Source: Antedon mediterranea (Eukaryota; Animalia; Echinodermata). Taken from it: a stretch of 64,000 bases of DNA. Positions 50,601 to 64,000 of this stretch are shown in pieces. Each line of letters starts with the position of its first letter. Positions within the stretch are counted from its first letter, which is position 1. The notes beneath the pieces are model-generated. The model had not been told where the DNA came from, did no database searches, and saw only the letters and a list, made by a program, of their open reading frames with translations. Both the position numbers and the translations under genes were made by a program. The stretch is taken from contig NC_092679.1 of NCBI RefSeq assembly GCF_964355755.1, positions 18,955,432 to 19,019,431 of the forward strand. Reading direction: 5' to 3'.

Positions 50601-53600
50601 TTTGTACGTGTTACTATTATAGGCCTCTGATTACCCTCTCCACATTATTTAATGTTATCGCATTTTGCAGACATGAACGTCTGAATAATTTCACAATTTC
50701 TCTTCATTACGCTCGATTTTCATTAAGTTTGCTTTTACTGCTTCAGTAATGTTGATATATATTTCTTTTTATCGATTTAGCTGATGCTATTATACCGTAA
50801 TGATTTACAGACAATTGATTCTTGATTAATATTGGTTAAGGGGTTTGGATGACAACAAACACAGTTAGAGTAGCCTACGCCATGTAATTAAAAAATACTC
50901 GAAGGCTCATAGAACTTGAACATCAAACATTTCAGTCTCTATTATAAGCTCTGTCTACACTGTCAAACTAGTTTGACAAAAAAAGTGTGATGTGCCCAAA
51001 TAATTATGGCAGTGATATGACATCATGTCCATATGGGGGCACATCACATTTGTTTTTGCCATAAATGTTTGATAGTGTAGTCGGAGCATTAAGCTCTGTC
51101 TACACTGCCAAACTTAACTAACTAGTTTGACAAAAAAATGTGATGTACCAAAATAATGGTAGTGATATTCCCAAATATGGTGTGATATGACATCACCATA
51201 TCCATATTTGGGCACATCAAATTTTGTTGTCATATATTGATAGTGTAGACAAAAGTTTAGATAATGTTCGAATCCTAGTATACCTATATTTATATGTTTT
51301 AGCTCCGATCCTCCATGTGCGATAAATAACGTGTACAAACCTATGAATTTACCTCTAAAAGCAACCCATATTGCTTGAAACGCGTTTTTCTACTACGCTA
51401 ATGAACACTCTTACCTTGATATGACGCGTTTTTCGACAGCTGAAACGTGTTATCATCTGTTACCTCTCCAATGTACTCAATGAAATCAAAGAACTGTTCG
51501 CCAGGAGACGGCACATGACCGTTGGTCAACCAGTATGCTAGACCTACGTCAAAGGTGTTCATGAAATTGGCAGGAACTGTTGACATGTCGTAGATATTGC
51601 TATTGTTCGTCATAAACTCTTCCACTTCAGTATGTATTAACGGGAACGAAAGCTTTCCATTATTCTTTAATACAATTAAAACATTATTATTAGTTACAAA
51701 GTTACGTTGTGCAAGATGCCATACGATCAAATACGATGGACCACGATTGACCACGGATATGTGTATTATTGAAAATTTGTGTTCGTTCGTGTTATATTCG
51801 TGAATGTGAAATGGGGGATATCGGGGTGCACAAATGATCAAATACGATGAACTACGACATATTACGAATATGTGTATATTTTGGAAAATTTGTGTTCATT
51901 CGTGTTAGGCCAAATAAAAAAATATACTTGTTAAGCGTCACACCTTCATAAATTTTCAGGGGCGGGGGGACGGTTTTTTTTTTTTTTTTTTTACTTTTTA
52001 TAGAGGTATATTTTTGCGCGGTGGACGTTTTGCCCCACTTTTTTAGGACGAAACGTCAAACTTTTAAAATGCGAAACAGAACAAAATTGACTATGTATGA
52101 AATATTATTGCTTATGACAAAATTGAGTTTTGTATTGTTTATATCCAGACGTAATTAAAACATTAAATTTAATTGCCACCAAGCGAAATTGTAGGCCTTA
52201 GGCTAACTAATCCGTCCAAGGTGCTACCCCAACCTCACTCATCGGCCATCCGCCGTCTCTCGCTCGACTCATCTATCCAGGAAATTCCCTATCGCGAGAA
52301 GCATGATTTGGTCTCAATAATACTAAATAGTGGGCTGATTTATAGTTTGAAAACAGCTTACGGCATTTCTTAAGTGAATTTTTATTCAACGTATTCATTC
52401 TTCTTTGATGAATCCTTTGCCAATTGCTGTGTAAATCAGTATTTAAAGTTGTGATGCAAAAAGTGTATGGAAACCCATCGCCCAACAGGACCTCGTGGTG
52501 TGCCGATCTCGAGCGCGAGATCATCGTAAACAAAATTGGTAGAGTCCATTATGTATGGGGTGTTTCCTATTTACGAACCTATAAAAAAACGCGCTTCGAC
52601 CACTGTGTAGGCAAAATATTTATTTCGTTAAATCCCTAAATTGATAATCGCGTATTCTGTAATCACGTGACTGATGATGTAATCCTCAGCGACGTACTAA
52701 ATGCACATGATTTAATGTGTTGGGGAAAAAGCTTGCTGTTTACCACATTACATGATTCACGGTGCTATTCGCGTTTCCTTTACGTAAATCGGCGGCGTGT
52801 AAATGAAACAATTGTTTTCACCAATTTGCCGTTGTCGACATAGAGCGATCGGCGGCTAGCGTTGTCTAAGCTAAAAAGTATGTATTTTTTCAAAAATTAC
52901 ACTAGCCTAACAAACATTTGCTAGTTTTGAAATTTTCAAATAGCAATTATGAAGAATCTACTAGCAAAATGCTAGTTTGCTAGCGTGAATTTCGAGCCCT
53001 ACTCTGGAGCTGGGTCGGGCCGCTGAACTTTCCGTTGTATATCGGTAAAAAAAAAATAAAAATAAAAAGAGAGGCGGCTGGATAATGAGGAGCGGGCGGT
53101 GACGCTTAACAAGTATGTTTTTTTATTTGGCCTTATATTATTGAATGTGGAAGGGATGTGTGGGGTGTAAGAGGCCGCCCTGATGGACCATGATTGAACA
53201 CGGAATATATTGTGTACGATAATACTTTGCTATGCTATGTTCTCATTCGTGTTCATTCGTGCTAAACTCGTGAATGTGGAAAGGATGTGTGGGGTGTAGG
53301 CGGCCACCCTGATGGACCATGATTAAACACGGAATATGTGTACGATGATGTTATGCTATGCTATGTTCTAATTCGTGTTCATTCGTGCTAAACTCATGAA
53401 TGTGGAAGGGATGTGTGGGGTGTAGGCGGCCACCCTGATGAACCATGATTAAACACGGAATATGTGTACGATAATACTATGCTATGCTATGACTATGTTC
53501 TATTTCGTGTTCATTTATGCTAAATTCGTGAATATCTTAATTCTGTACTCTATAATATTTATAAACAAATATGAACCATCCCTTTAATTCTAATTAGTGA

Positions 53601-56600
53601 AAATGCACCATTTACAACAACCAATTTAAAAACTTCGATTTACAATAGCAATTTTAATTGTATAGGAATAATTGCAGAATTTTATTTCAACTTTTTAATT
53701 TCTGGTTCTCTTGAAATAATTTTACGACATTATTGAATTGACAAAATGATATAACTTGTATTGGTAGTAAAACGTTATAATAAATCTATGGTATGACATA
53801 ATACATAATCACCACACTCATTATAAATGTAATTTGTGTGGTTGAAGGCCTGTGTAATTTAATCACATAGATCATTGTTTAACCGCGTTGACATAATGAT
53901 GCGCGCATAATATTCGCGTGGTACGCGATCACCAACGCGTTTTTCTCCTGATTACGTGAATACTTTTAAATTACCCAAAACATTATTTTACCCAATTGTC
54001 TCATGCGTAAAATCATCAATAGAAAGTATAATGTTCTGTTGACTGGTGTAATTAGTAACAGCCCGATACAATCGTAAACGTAATTTGTGTAGACTGCCAC
54101 GCGTGTAATACTCGTGTGGCACACGAGGACCAGCTTAATTTTAAAATTAATCAGTACTTGTGAGTTTTATCCATCGAATTTCAATTGCAAATTACACGAG
54201 AGGATTTAGCTGTTTGATACATATATTATAAATATCGTATATAATAAAAGAATCCTGTTTATCGAAGACTTATTTTTGCGTGTTGTTTTTTTTTTCAAAA
54301 CAAGGTCAAACATACCGCATCGGCCTAATTATCAGCCTTGCAATGATCCAATCAGCTTGGCCTAACTAATTTTACCTCGTAGTAAGTCTTCATATTCTCT
54401 ATAAAGCAATTAACACTTATATTCTCCGTTATGCTGTTAGTTTTTATGGCTAAGTCTTCTACCATTTTAGTATCCAAATCTTTGAGCTTTTCACAAAATT
54501 CCTGCAAAAAGAATAGGTATTAGGTTTTTTGAAATTATTATTGAAAATTGAAATTTCGAACTTAAATTGATCAAATACTATAAGTAATTTTTTTTTAAAT
54601 CATCAGAGAGAATTTTTTTTTTAAATATTGGCTCATCATAATTTTATATCAAATTTTAATAACATTATTTTTAGCAACAAACCGGAATTTAATTAATTTC
54701 AGAATGTTTTTAAATTGATTGCCCATTTAGAATAATAGTTACGTTGATACATAAAACGTGACGTAACAATATACGTTACAATACATTATGTCGTTTACTA
54801 CAGGTTTCAAAATCAAAATAATGTTTAGATCTTAAACATCTATTTTGTACCCATTTTTTTCCCCACACATTTAGCTTTTAAACACGTAGTTACATCTCTT
54901 GCGTGTTAAAACCCAAACGTGTTTATGTTGTTTCCTCCACTCGTGTAGCAGTCAACATGTCACTATTATGTTCAGTCAACATGTTTAGGTATGTGTTTAG
55001 CGTTGCATGCATATAATTTACTGTGGCGGAAAAGGCTCCACACATGAGCTCCACACATGCCAAATTAAACACGTTTAAAACTTAAACGTGTCTTTATATT
55101 GCTCCACATGTTTAACAACCAACACGTCACTGATGTGTTGAGTTAGATACAGACTACATGTTTAGAATGTGTTTAGAACCTAAACATGTTCATAATTATC
55201 TAACTAAATGTGTGGAAAAAGTGGGTACAAAATATATGTTAAAGATCTACAAACTATTTTTACATACTTAATACGGTTTATATATTCGTCATTATTCAGA
55301 ATACTAGCATTACTGCATACATAATACATTACATAAACATTTAAACAAGTATTAAGTAAGAACCAGAATACTAACATTACTGCATACATAATACATTACT
55401 GCATACATAATACATTACATAAACCTTTAAACAAGTATTAAGTAAGAACCAGAATACTAACATTACTGCATACATAATACATTACATAAACCTTTAAACA
55501 AGTATTAAGTAAGAACCAGATACTAGCATTACTACTGCATACATAATACATTACATAAACCTTTAAACAAGTATTAAGTAAGAACCAGAATACTAAGATT
55601 ACTGCATACATAATACATTACATAAACATTTAAACAAGTATTAAGTAAGAACCAGAATACTAACATTACTGCATACATAATACATTACATAAACCTTTAA
55701 ACAAGTATTAAGTAAGAACCAGAATACTAACATTACTGCATACATAATACATTACATAAATATTTAAACAAGTATTAAGTAAGAACCAGAATACTAGCAT
55801 TACTGCATACATAATACATTACATAAACATTTAAACAAGTATTAAGTAAGAACCAGAATACTAGCATTACTGCATACATAATACATTACATAAACATTTA
55901 AACAAGTATTAAGTAAGAACCAGAATACTAGCATTACTGCATACATAATACATTACATAAACATTTAAACAAGTATTAAGTAAGAACCAGAATACTAGCA
56001 TTACTGCATACATAATACATTACATAAACATTTAAACAAGTATTAAGTAAGAACCAGAATACTAGCATTACTGCATACATAATACATTACATAAACCTTT
56101 AAACAAGTATTAAGAAAGAACCAGAATACTAGCATTACTGCATACATAATACATTACATAAACCTTTAAACAAGTATTAAGTAAGATCCACCAGACGCTA
56201 TTAAGATTCGTAAACAATTACTTGTTGGTTACAAGATTCGATTTTATGGATGAATGAAACACAAGATGTTCGCCACCAAAAATTACGATACGAAAAAAGC
56301 CAATTTACACAGCCAGATGAGTGGTGACGAATGTTATTTCTTATGACCATTTACACACAACGCGGAGTGGACGACCGGTTTCTGCTAATGATAGATACAG
56401 ATTCTACGCGGAAAAAGCTACGCTGTTTTCCGCTTACCGTTACCGCTCGTCTGTGTAAATTTGCCTTAACAGTAACTATTTACCAGAAATGCTTGTTGAT
56501 TAGCCGCTGAACTTAAATCGAATTCTTCATCTTGAACCAACTGACCAGCGCATGTATCGTCTGTGAAGTGACAAGAACTCAGATCTTGGTTCTTCAGTCC

Positions 56601-59600
56601 CCATGCTAAGATTACCAGCGTGTTTTCATCCTCATCGCTCGGTACAAAAAGATTCCGATTCCGATATCTGCTTATTTCTAAAACGTGGGTGTCCTTTAAC
56701 AAGACTGTCTGTAGAAGATTACATAATTTTAATGCATGTATGAACACATTAAAGTAATTATTTAATAGATTTATTCCACAGTTTCACAAAATAAGTATAG
56801 TGTTTACTGTACTGTAGGCACTACGAACAAATGAGTAATATTAAATGAACTAATACCTACCCCGTCCTGTTGAGTTTCTAGAGTCGTTGCCAAGTAGCCA
56901 AAACCGGCGACAAATGCCAAAAAGGCTAGTAAAATGATCCAACGGAACACTTTGTGCATGACAAAGTCTGCAAACCGACCGCCAAAAAATCGCTCAAATA
57001 TACCTTCTTTAGGAACACTTTCTTCTACGAGATTTTCCTGGCTTGTTGCACCTTGTAGTGCGACATCTTGTCGGTTGCAGCAGCAGCAACAGTACTTAGC
57101 CCACCACAGATGGTACGTTACTACAACGGTTGGTAAGAAAATGATCACGGACAGATAGTTTACGAATATAACAAGAGCAGAGAATATCCCGAATGAAGAG
57201 ATTGAAAGAAAAGGTGAGAAAAAGTTGGTGAAAAAAGCTAGGCCGGTTGTGAGAGATGTAACAAACATAGCAGAAGCAGCTCGGCGGTATGTGTCAGAAA
57301 GTCGATGGGCTAGTGTCGGGTAGGACTGGTATTTTGTTTGCTTCCACGTGTCCATAAGCACAAACACATCGTCTGCCCCTATGCCTAGGATAATGAAGAT
57401 GGCGAGAACGTGAAAGATACCAAAATAACGGTAGTCGAATATAACTCTGTAAATAATATTCGCGCCAAGGAATGAGGTGAACACACTCATAATGGAGAAG
57501 GACGTAATCCAAAATGACCCCACCTGAATCACCATAAATATGTAGATAAACACGAAGCTACCAATAACAAGAGACATGTCTTTGATAACTTGTAAGTTGA
57601 TTTCGTAAGTAAACAAAGATTCCGATTGGTAGCTAACCTCCATAGAACCAAGTCCATTCTCAAAGTGATCTTTCAGAAAGCCAGCGTACGAATCAAATTG
57701 ATGCTCTTGTATTATCTTGTCTATGTCTCCGCCGTCTTCAAGCGGGCTTCCAAAATCGATAGAAATTCTTGTGATGTCAGAACTAGCAGTATTCTTCAAA
57801 CCGTCAATAACGTAATTTTTACCAAGGAAAAACTGAAGCCCAGCCGCTAATGTTGGTATTCCCTGCACAGTTTCTAACGTCTGCGGGATATTGTCGTAGT
57901 CTGGGTCATTCAGGTCACTGTTCGTTGAGGCGTATGTGCCATCGAAGTAACGAAGTATTGAATTTATCTGTGTACAATTACCATCAACATCGAGTAAGCA
58001 GTACTTTGTGTAGTCTTTAGCATACCGTAATTCTTCTTCAACGCTTTCAATCAGCTTGAAGTTTTCTTTTGTGAAAACGTTTCCATTTTCGTGGTAAAAG
58101 ATAACCGTCAAACGGTCATACCACGATGTTCTGCTGCCACTAGTCTGTGAACGTTTGCGGTCATAAAGGTTACTAATTGAATCCCTGTTATTCCAGGCTA
58201 GATCTCGAAGGAAAGTGTCATCTTCTGTTAAGTCCATAGGCACAGAGGTAAAGTTTATTGGTAGAAGATCATAACCAGCCATCAACAGTATTCCAGAGAG
58301 TAGTAGCATAAATATATGTCCTCCTAAAGTTACTCCTGTAAGAGAAAAAAATCTGTCAAGCTACATTGTGAAGTGTTTTAACTTATTTCCAAACATCAAT
58401 TTGATGTAGTAGGCACCTGTACTTTTTAGCGCTTATTTTACAATGTTTGTTGTAAGGTCGGTTGTTTTACACAGTTTAGTTGCAAATTAGCAGTAATACC
58501 AATATATTTATTCAAAGACAGTGCCAATGCAACATTATTTGGGATTTTCCAACGACGACCTAGGAACATGCTAGGTAATTCAAAATCAATTGTACGCATG
58601 CGCGAGGAAGTTGGGACGAGCGTGTGCGCGCTCTATTCCTCGACAGTTTCAGGTCCAGGCAATGACGAGTACGGTGATCCTAATTCGCCGATTGTCACAA
58701 AACGAGGTATATATTATTCAAGTTTGTTAAATTATCATCATATTAGAGCTTAGACGAGATTTTTAAAAAGTGTGTTTCTTCCCTCCCTCCTCCCTCCCCA
58801 ACTGTTTGACGTTTGATTGTAAATTTTTATCTTGTTTGTAATCACAAATAAAGGTATAGAGGTCTGAAATTAGGTCAGTCTGTATAGTTAAAGCTTTTAC
58901 CATTGTTTTGATAAAAACAAATGTTACATGACATTCAATGTTTGACGTTTGCTTTATTTTAAATGTCATTTTAACCTTTGAATGTCAAACATTGTGCGTC
59001 TTTTGATTAATGTAATGTCGATATTTAGATGAAAAGATAATAGAGAAATGTCAATTAAGTATTTTGTATTTGAAGCATTAGTGATAAATTCAATATCCTG
59101 CGTCTTATTATGATAGGAAGCTAATTGATGCGGGCCGTGCGAACGATCGGCATAAAGCAACAAATAATATCTTCATAACATTTAATAAAATGTTATTGCT
59201 TTTTGTTGTTGTCGCTTATTGTTAAACAGCACGGAAAATTAGAGACTCTGTTTTGGGTTGCTAAATCTAAACAGATTGGTTCCCAGTAAAAACGCAACGT
59301 GAGCAAGTCAATCAATGACAAGCGACAGTTCGAATAATCTATCGCTTTTGATTGGTCAAATTACTTACATTGCCGTCCTTGTGTTGCGTATCTGATTGCT
59401 AACTGTCTATAACTTCGCTTGTCATTGGTTAAAACGCTTGCGTTGCGTTTACGTCCTTGCGTTACGTTCTAGTGGGAACCAAGCTTAAGCGTGGTTCCCA
59501 CTAGCGACGCAACGTAACGCAATCTACGCAACGTAATTAAATGCCCTTCTAATTGTGTTTTCCCCCGCCTGCTTGAAATCAAACCTGCGATTTTTGCAGC

Positions 59601-61234
59601 ACTATTGCTTCGTCGGTTCCCACTTGTGATTTCGCAATACAGCACTTTGCTTTATGGTACTTTGCGTCGATACGTCTGCGTCCATTCGTTGCATACTGGT
59701 TGCTGATTTTTGTAATAATACATTATACGATAAAGTTTGATGACCTCAATCTTGATAATGCATTTTAATGAACAAAGACTCGGAAATATGCATACTGACA
59801 AATAATGTACATCATTTAGGACCTATTCATATTTAAATGAAAACCACATTTAGAATCGAACTCATCTTAAAAAATGAACCTTATCGATATTCAAGATCAC
59901 ATTTTTTAGTGTTGTAGTTATTTATCATAACCGGCACAAATAGGACTATAATAATCAGTGTAAAACGTATTTCATTTTATGTTATGCTACACACCGTCTA
60001 CAATGACTTTCAGATTAAATGATTAAATTTGGTTATGAAGATTTGTTTTGTTTAGGACAATGCCCCTCTACCACTTTCACTATTCTATAACATGGCATCG
60101 TCAAATCGCTGCGTTGTGTATGATGTGCGCCCCGGTATGTTTCTAGGCGATATGAAAAAGGTACAAAGTCATCAAGACATATCATTCTCACGTATGCCCT
60201 TAAATAAAAACGCCATATAGATGTTTAATTACCGTACGCACGCAAAACATTGTGTGTATTTCTTAAAAATGTCAATGTCAATGAAATTATATAACATTGA
60301 TAGGCCTACAACATTGATAGTATACTCGACCGCAGAGTGAAACAGAATGAGTAAGAATTTGCCAACATTGTTTTAATTTCATCTCAAATACTTTACCAGG
60401 TTAATGATTGGAAGTCTTTAGACATCAGTAAATTTCCCATCTTATTAACTAATACAATTACCGTATATTAATTCGAATAAACGCCCGGGGATTAAATAAA
60501 TACCCCTTAGATATGAAAAATACAATTAATATGTGCTAAAGTACAGTAAAAATTGCTTGGTAAATTGTAGATCATGTCAATCAATGAATTCAGGTACTAC
60601 AACAGATGGTATAAAATATATTATATTGTGTATATATTCCTGTAGAGGCCCTGGGGCGTTTATTCGAGTGGGTTATTCAAAATGATGTTCTACGGAGGTG
60701 GGGGGGGGGGGAGGGGGTGGAAGGGGGAGCGTTTATTTGAATGAATACGGTATGTTATACATTTTAAACCCGGGGCTACCCTTAAAGCTTGGTTCCCACT
60801 AGAACGTAACGCAAGGACGTAAACGCAACGCAAGCGTTTTAACCAATGACAAGCGAAGTTATAGACAGTTAGCAATCGCAAGCGAATAAGCCATCGCTTG
60901 TGATTGGTCAATTCACTTGCGTTGCGTTACGTCCTTGCGTTGCGTCGCTAGTGAGAACCACGCTTTAATGTTGGCGATAAAACGTCATCATCTATACCTC
61001 ATGCTTACCGAATGTAATTGCTGGGTATTCTGTCACCTTTTGGCACCACCAGACCGGCTTCTTTGCTGGGCTTGGTTGTGGTTTGTTCTCATTGCTTTCT
61101 GTAGCTTCTTTTGCTACATCCAGTTCTTTATCACTTTCATACTTGTCTGCGTTGTTTCCAAGCGTTTTGTGCTCCATAATATCGTCTGTATCTTTTTCTG
61201 AATACGATTCATGTTTTTCGTTCTCATCCGTCAT
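47653..61234 (-). CDS. Dispatched-like RND-family membrane protein with sterol-sensing domain, about 1027 aa
   Basis: Exons 61234-61009, 58335-56861, 56708-56484, 54501-54376, 51664-51415, 49850-49726, 49190-49095, 48735-48565, 48042-47653; 3084 nt, phase-consistent. Two TM halves with GIGADDVFV and GLAVDYVVHL; AASAMFVTSLTT and ISVISGATTT. An acceptor at 61256-61257 implies an upstream UTR exon. Confidence 0.92.
48350..48495 (+). repeat. Degenerate TTAGGG-like hexamer tract
   Basis: TTAGTG/TTAGAG/TTAGGA periodicity. Confidence 0.7.
50948..51250. mobile_element. Two adjacent MITEs with TIR AGCTCTGTCTACACT
   Basis: Ends read TTTGATAGTGTAGAC. Related copies at about 8530-8617, 17238-17345, 45222-45385 and 49500-49625. 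Confidence 0.75.
51908..53132. mobile_element. Non-autonomous TIR element with TTA target duplication (Harbinger-like)
   Basis: TIR GGCCAAATAAAAAAA..TACTTGTTAAGCGTCAC at both ends; TTA on both flanks. Confidence 0.8.
53140..53535. repeat. About 128-bp tandem repeat x3
   Basis: GAATGTGGAAGGGATGTGTGGGGTGTA..GCC.CCCTGATGGACCATGATT recurs three times. Confidence 0.85.
54842..55233. mobile_element. Probable MITE
   Basis: Inverted termini TTTTGTACCCA..TTTT..CCACACATTTAG / CTAAATGTGTGGAAAAAGTGGGTACAAAA. Confidence 0.6.
55298..56186. repeat. 67-bp minisatellite, about 13 copies
   Basis: Unit AGAATACTAGCATTACTGCATACATAATACATTACATAAACATTTAAACAAGTATTAAGTAAGAACC. Confidence 0.95.
60786..60964. mobile_element. 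MITE (AGCTTGGTTCCCACTAG family)
   Basis: TIRs present; near-identical inverted counterpart of 23300-23460. Confidence 0.8.
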
Positions 61235-62388
61235 TTTTAGGGAATATTTTGGCAACTGAAATGAAATGATTTTATGTTAAGGATAGAATTACTACAGGTA
61301 TACAAGGCTCTCCTTTTACCATAACTCTAAAGCTTGGTTCCCTCTAGGACGCAACGAAAGGACGTAACGCAACGAAAAATTATTTGACCAATCTCAAGCG
61401 CGTGTGATTTGTCAACGCGCTTGCGTTGCGTTTACGTCCTTGCGTTGCGTCCTAGTGGGTAAAGCATAAGGGTATAGAGTAAGTCTTCGGATATTAGTCC
61501 AGTTCCCTAATGTCAAAAGAAGTGCGTTCATGTGCAAATCATGGGGAATTGGACAATGGCTTAAAATGGAGGTACGTCCACTGTATAAGAAACCCATGAG
61601 GCTACTGATGGTTTATCTCTGCCACTGGGGATATGGTACTGCGGCTGCCGTGTGGGCCGGTCCTAATCCGAATGTCCTGATTTTGAGGACGAATCATACA
61701 AAATAATATACTTTTTTTTGTCTTGTGGTTCACAATCCCGCACAATATATATACTTTGTTCAATTCGATTATAATGATTTATATGAGTATTTATTACACA
61801 GTCCGTGCTATCAATATCGTTGCAAATTATGTAACGTTAGGCCTATACAGGAATATTAATTACTAACCCTGAACTGTCTCTTCTTTTTGTATTTTTTTAT
61901 TTCGGGAACAGACGCCTATTTACAAAATCAATTGCATAAATAAGTTTAAATAATGTATCAGATCATTTTAGGATCTCCATAATTTTGTTGTGGAGCCTGG
62001 ATGATTCAAAATGATGATACCATAATACATTCTATCATTTCATTTTTGCTAGCTGACATTCTCTGTAACAATGAAAAGACAGATTTTCTTAAATATTCCA
62101 CAAAAGACGGGACGCCATTAATAACAAATCGTATAGCTTGTTTTTAATTGATTGAAAAATAAATTTTCCCCCAATTTTCTACATAATCACTCATCCCATT
62201 GTACCATTACAATACTTTGTTATTTCGATAAAAATAGTTCTAAAAGATATATTTATCAAAATGCAAATAAATGTGGATATCTATCAATGGCTGAATCTCA
62301 AGGGAAATAAAAATAAAATAAGCAAAAAAATAAATCAATACAATAAAGTAAAACAATTGCTGAGCTTTCGGACACCTAGCCCTTCCTA

Positions 62389-63240
62389 AGGGCCTGTTTC
62401 TATTGAAAAATAAAAAAAGAACGGTTTTTTGGAAACCGGTTTCGGCTGTTGTTTATAAATAAAGATCGCGTTGCAGCTCAATTTTTACTCCAATAAAACC
62501 GGTTCCGTCCATGTGCGTTCGTTATGAATGACGTCATTATATACACCACAATGCAGTTCGTTAGGCGGAAGCGCGATTTGATCGAGGTCATGTTTACTTT
62601 TTTTCGCATAGCGCGATCCCCAAGAAATAGCATCCATTTCATCATAGAAGGGGGAATTATTACCTGAAACGTTATTGTGGTCCTTGGTTAAAGTATAGGT
62701 ACGTCGCACCCTCTGATATTGTCAAGTTGAACTCGTCTATTTTTCACACGCTTTACAATATTCTTAAAAACATGTAGGCCTATTATACGCGAGTCTTTCT
62801 TCCGACTCCCGACAAGTCCCCTCATCTTCTTTCCTTCACATATTTTTTACGAACCTCGTAATAGCATCGGTCAACATTTTTTAGTTAAATAAAATACTCA
62901 CTATCTAGAGAAATAAAAATGACTTAGGCCTAGGTCCTATCGCGCGAGTTTGACTGCGAGTTGACCGCAATCATCCCAGTGCAGCAGACTGCAGAGTTCA
63001 GTTTTTGGGGTCAAATTGAGACCGCGATTGTGTTGCAGCTAAAAATTGCTCCGCGGAAACCGGTTTCAGAACGGTTCTTTGCGATCGAGACCGCAATCAA
63101 TTGGGGTTTTTGAAACCGTTTTTAAGATCGGTTCTTTTTTGTGGTTTTTTGCGGGGACCCATTTCTGCTGGCAAGAAAAAACGGTTCTTGAAAAGAACGG
63201 TATTCAAAACCGTATTCTCTGCTCTATAGAAACAGGCCCT
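62389..63240. mobile_element. Harbinger-derived non-autonomous element with a Myb/SANT-like coding remnant
   Basis: TIR AGGGCCTGTTTCTAT; the minus strand at 62600-62710 reads RRTYTLTKDHNNVSGNNSPFYDEMDAI. Confidence 0.7.
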
Positions 63241-64000
63241 TTATGCAAGTGAGATTACTTTTATAAATGTAGATTAGATGTACAGTACCACTAAAAATAA
63301 TGTGATTGTGTGTTTTGTTTTTTTGCAATTGATTCACCTTTTCCCCGATTTCAGCCGTAAAATGTTCTCACATTTATTTTGTTTTAAACCGTTTTAACGT
63401 CGTGAGGCACTGCGCTATGTCTTCGTTTGTCTGACGTCACTTTGTGCGTGATCTGCTGGTTGATTCTAACTGACAGTAAACAGACTAGGGCCAAGTGTTC
63501 TAGTAAGTGGTGCCTGCCTACTCAATCTTCTATAATAAATAACGGTGGTAGAGGCTATGGCTGGGTAGTCAAATTCAAAATAAACTGGGGAAATATTCAA
63601 CTAACATTTTAATGAAATTTCTAGTTTTTTGCTGAATATGCCATTTTAAAATCGCATAATAGTTCTTACTTTTACCGGAAATTGGACAAACAAAAATTAT
63701 TTACTTAAAACCTAATTTAACAAACAAAATTATTGATTGGAAGTCAATAGGATTTGGTTAATTTAACCATTTATTTTGTCTTTTAATAAGTGAAAACATT
63801 ATTTTTTTTTTCATTTTGTTTCCTACGGCAGTGATTAACTTTATAAAAGCTGCGAAATGGCCTATTCAAAGTCTTTTTGTTGAGAATCTTCATTTTTTAT
63901 GTTTCAGCAGCAATTACATCCTAAAGTTAACAATAATCGGCAATCTTTACGTACGTAAACATTGAAATGTTAACGATTTACAGGAAAAGGTACTCGCTAT

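Overview
AT-rich, intron-containing animal genomic DNA, probably a marine deuterostome such as an echinoderm (inferred from the BP10/SpAN-type astacins). I assembled all gene models by hand from GT-AG boundaries and codon phases. From left to right: (1) two tandem astacin metalloprotease genes on + (astacin-EGF-CUB-Pro/Thr linker, ending in an unusual C-terminal domain with two DxD/NGDG repeats). Copy A runs off the window edge; copy B is complete with 13 exons. (2) A convergent secreted CAP/PR-1 gene on -. (3) A triplicated block carrying an unrecognised spliced gene on - that lies head-to-head with ALKBH1. One duplicate also carries a decayed ALKBH1 exon 1 followed by a decayed Chapaev/Transib-like transposase. 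(4) ALKBH1 on + (5 exons). (5) A convergent Dispatched-like RND/sterol-sensing gene on - (9 coding exons). Introns and intergenic DNA hold many MITEs, Helentron-like and tRNA-derived repeats, several minisatellites and two hammerhead-ribozyme motifs on the minus strand. There is no CRISPR array, rRNA or convincing tRNA gene.
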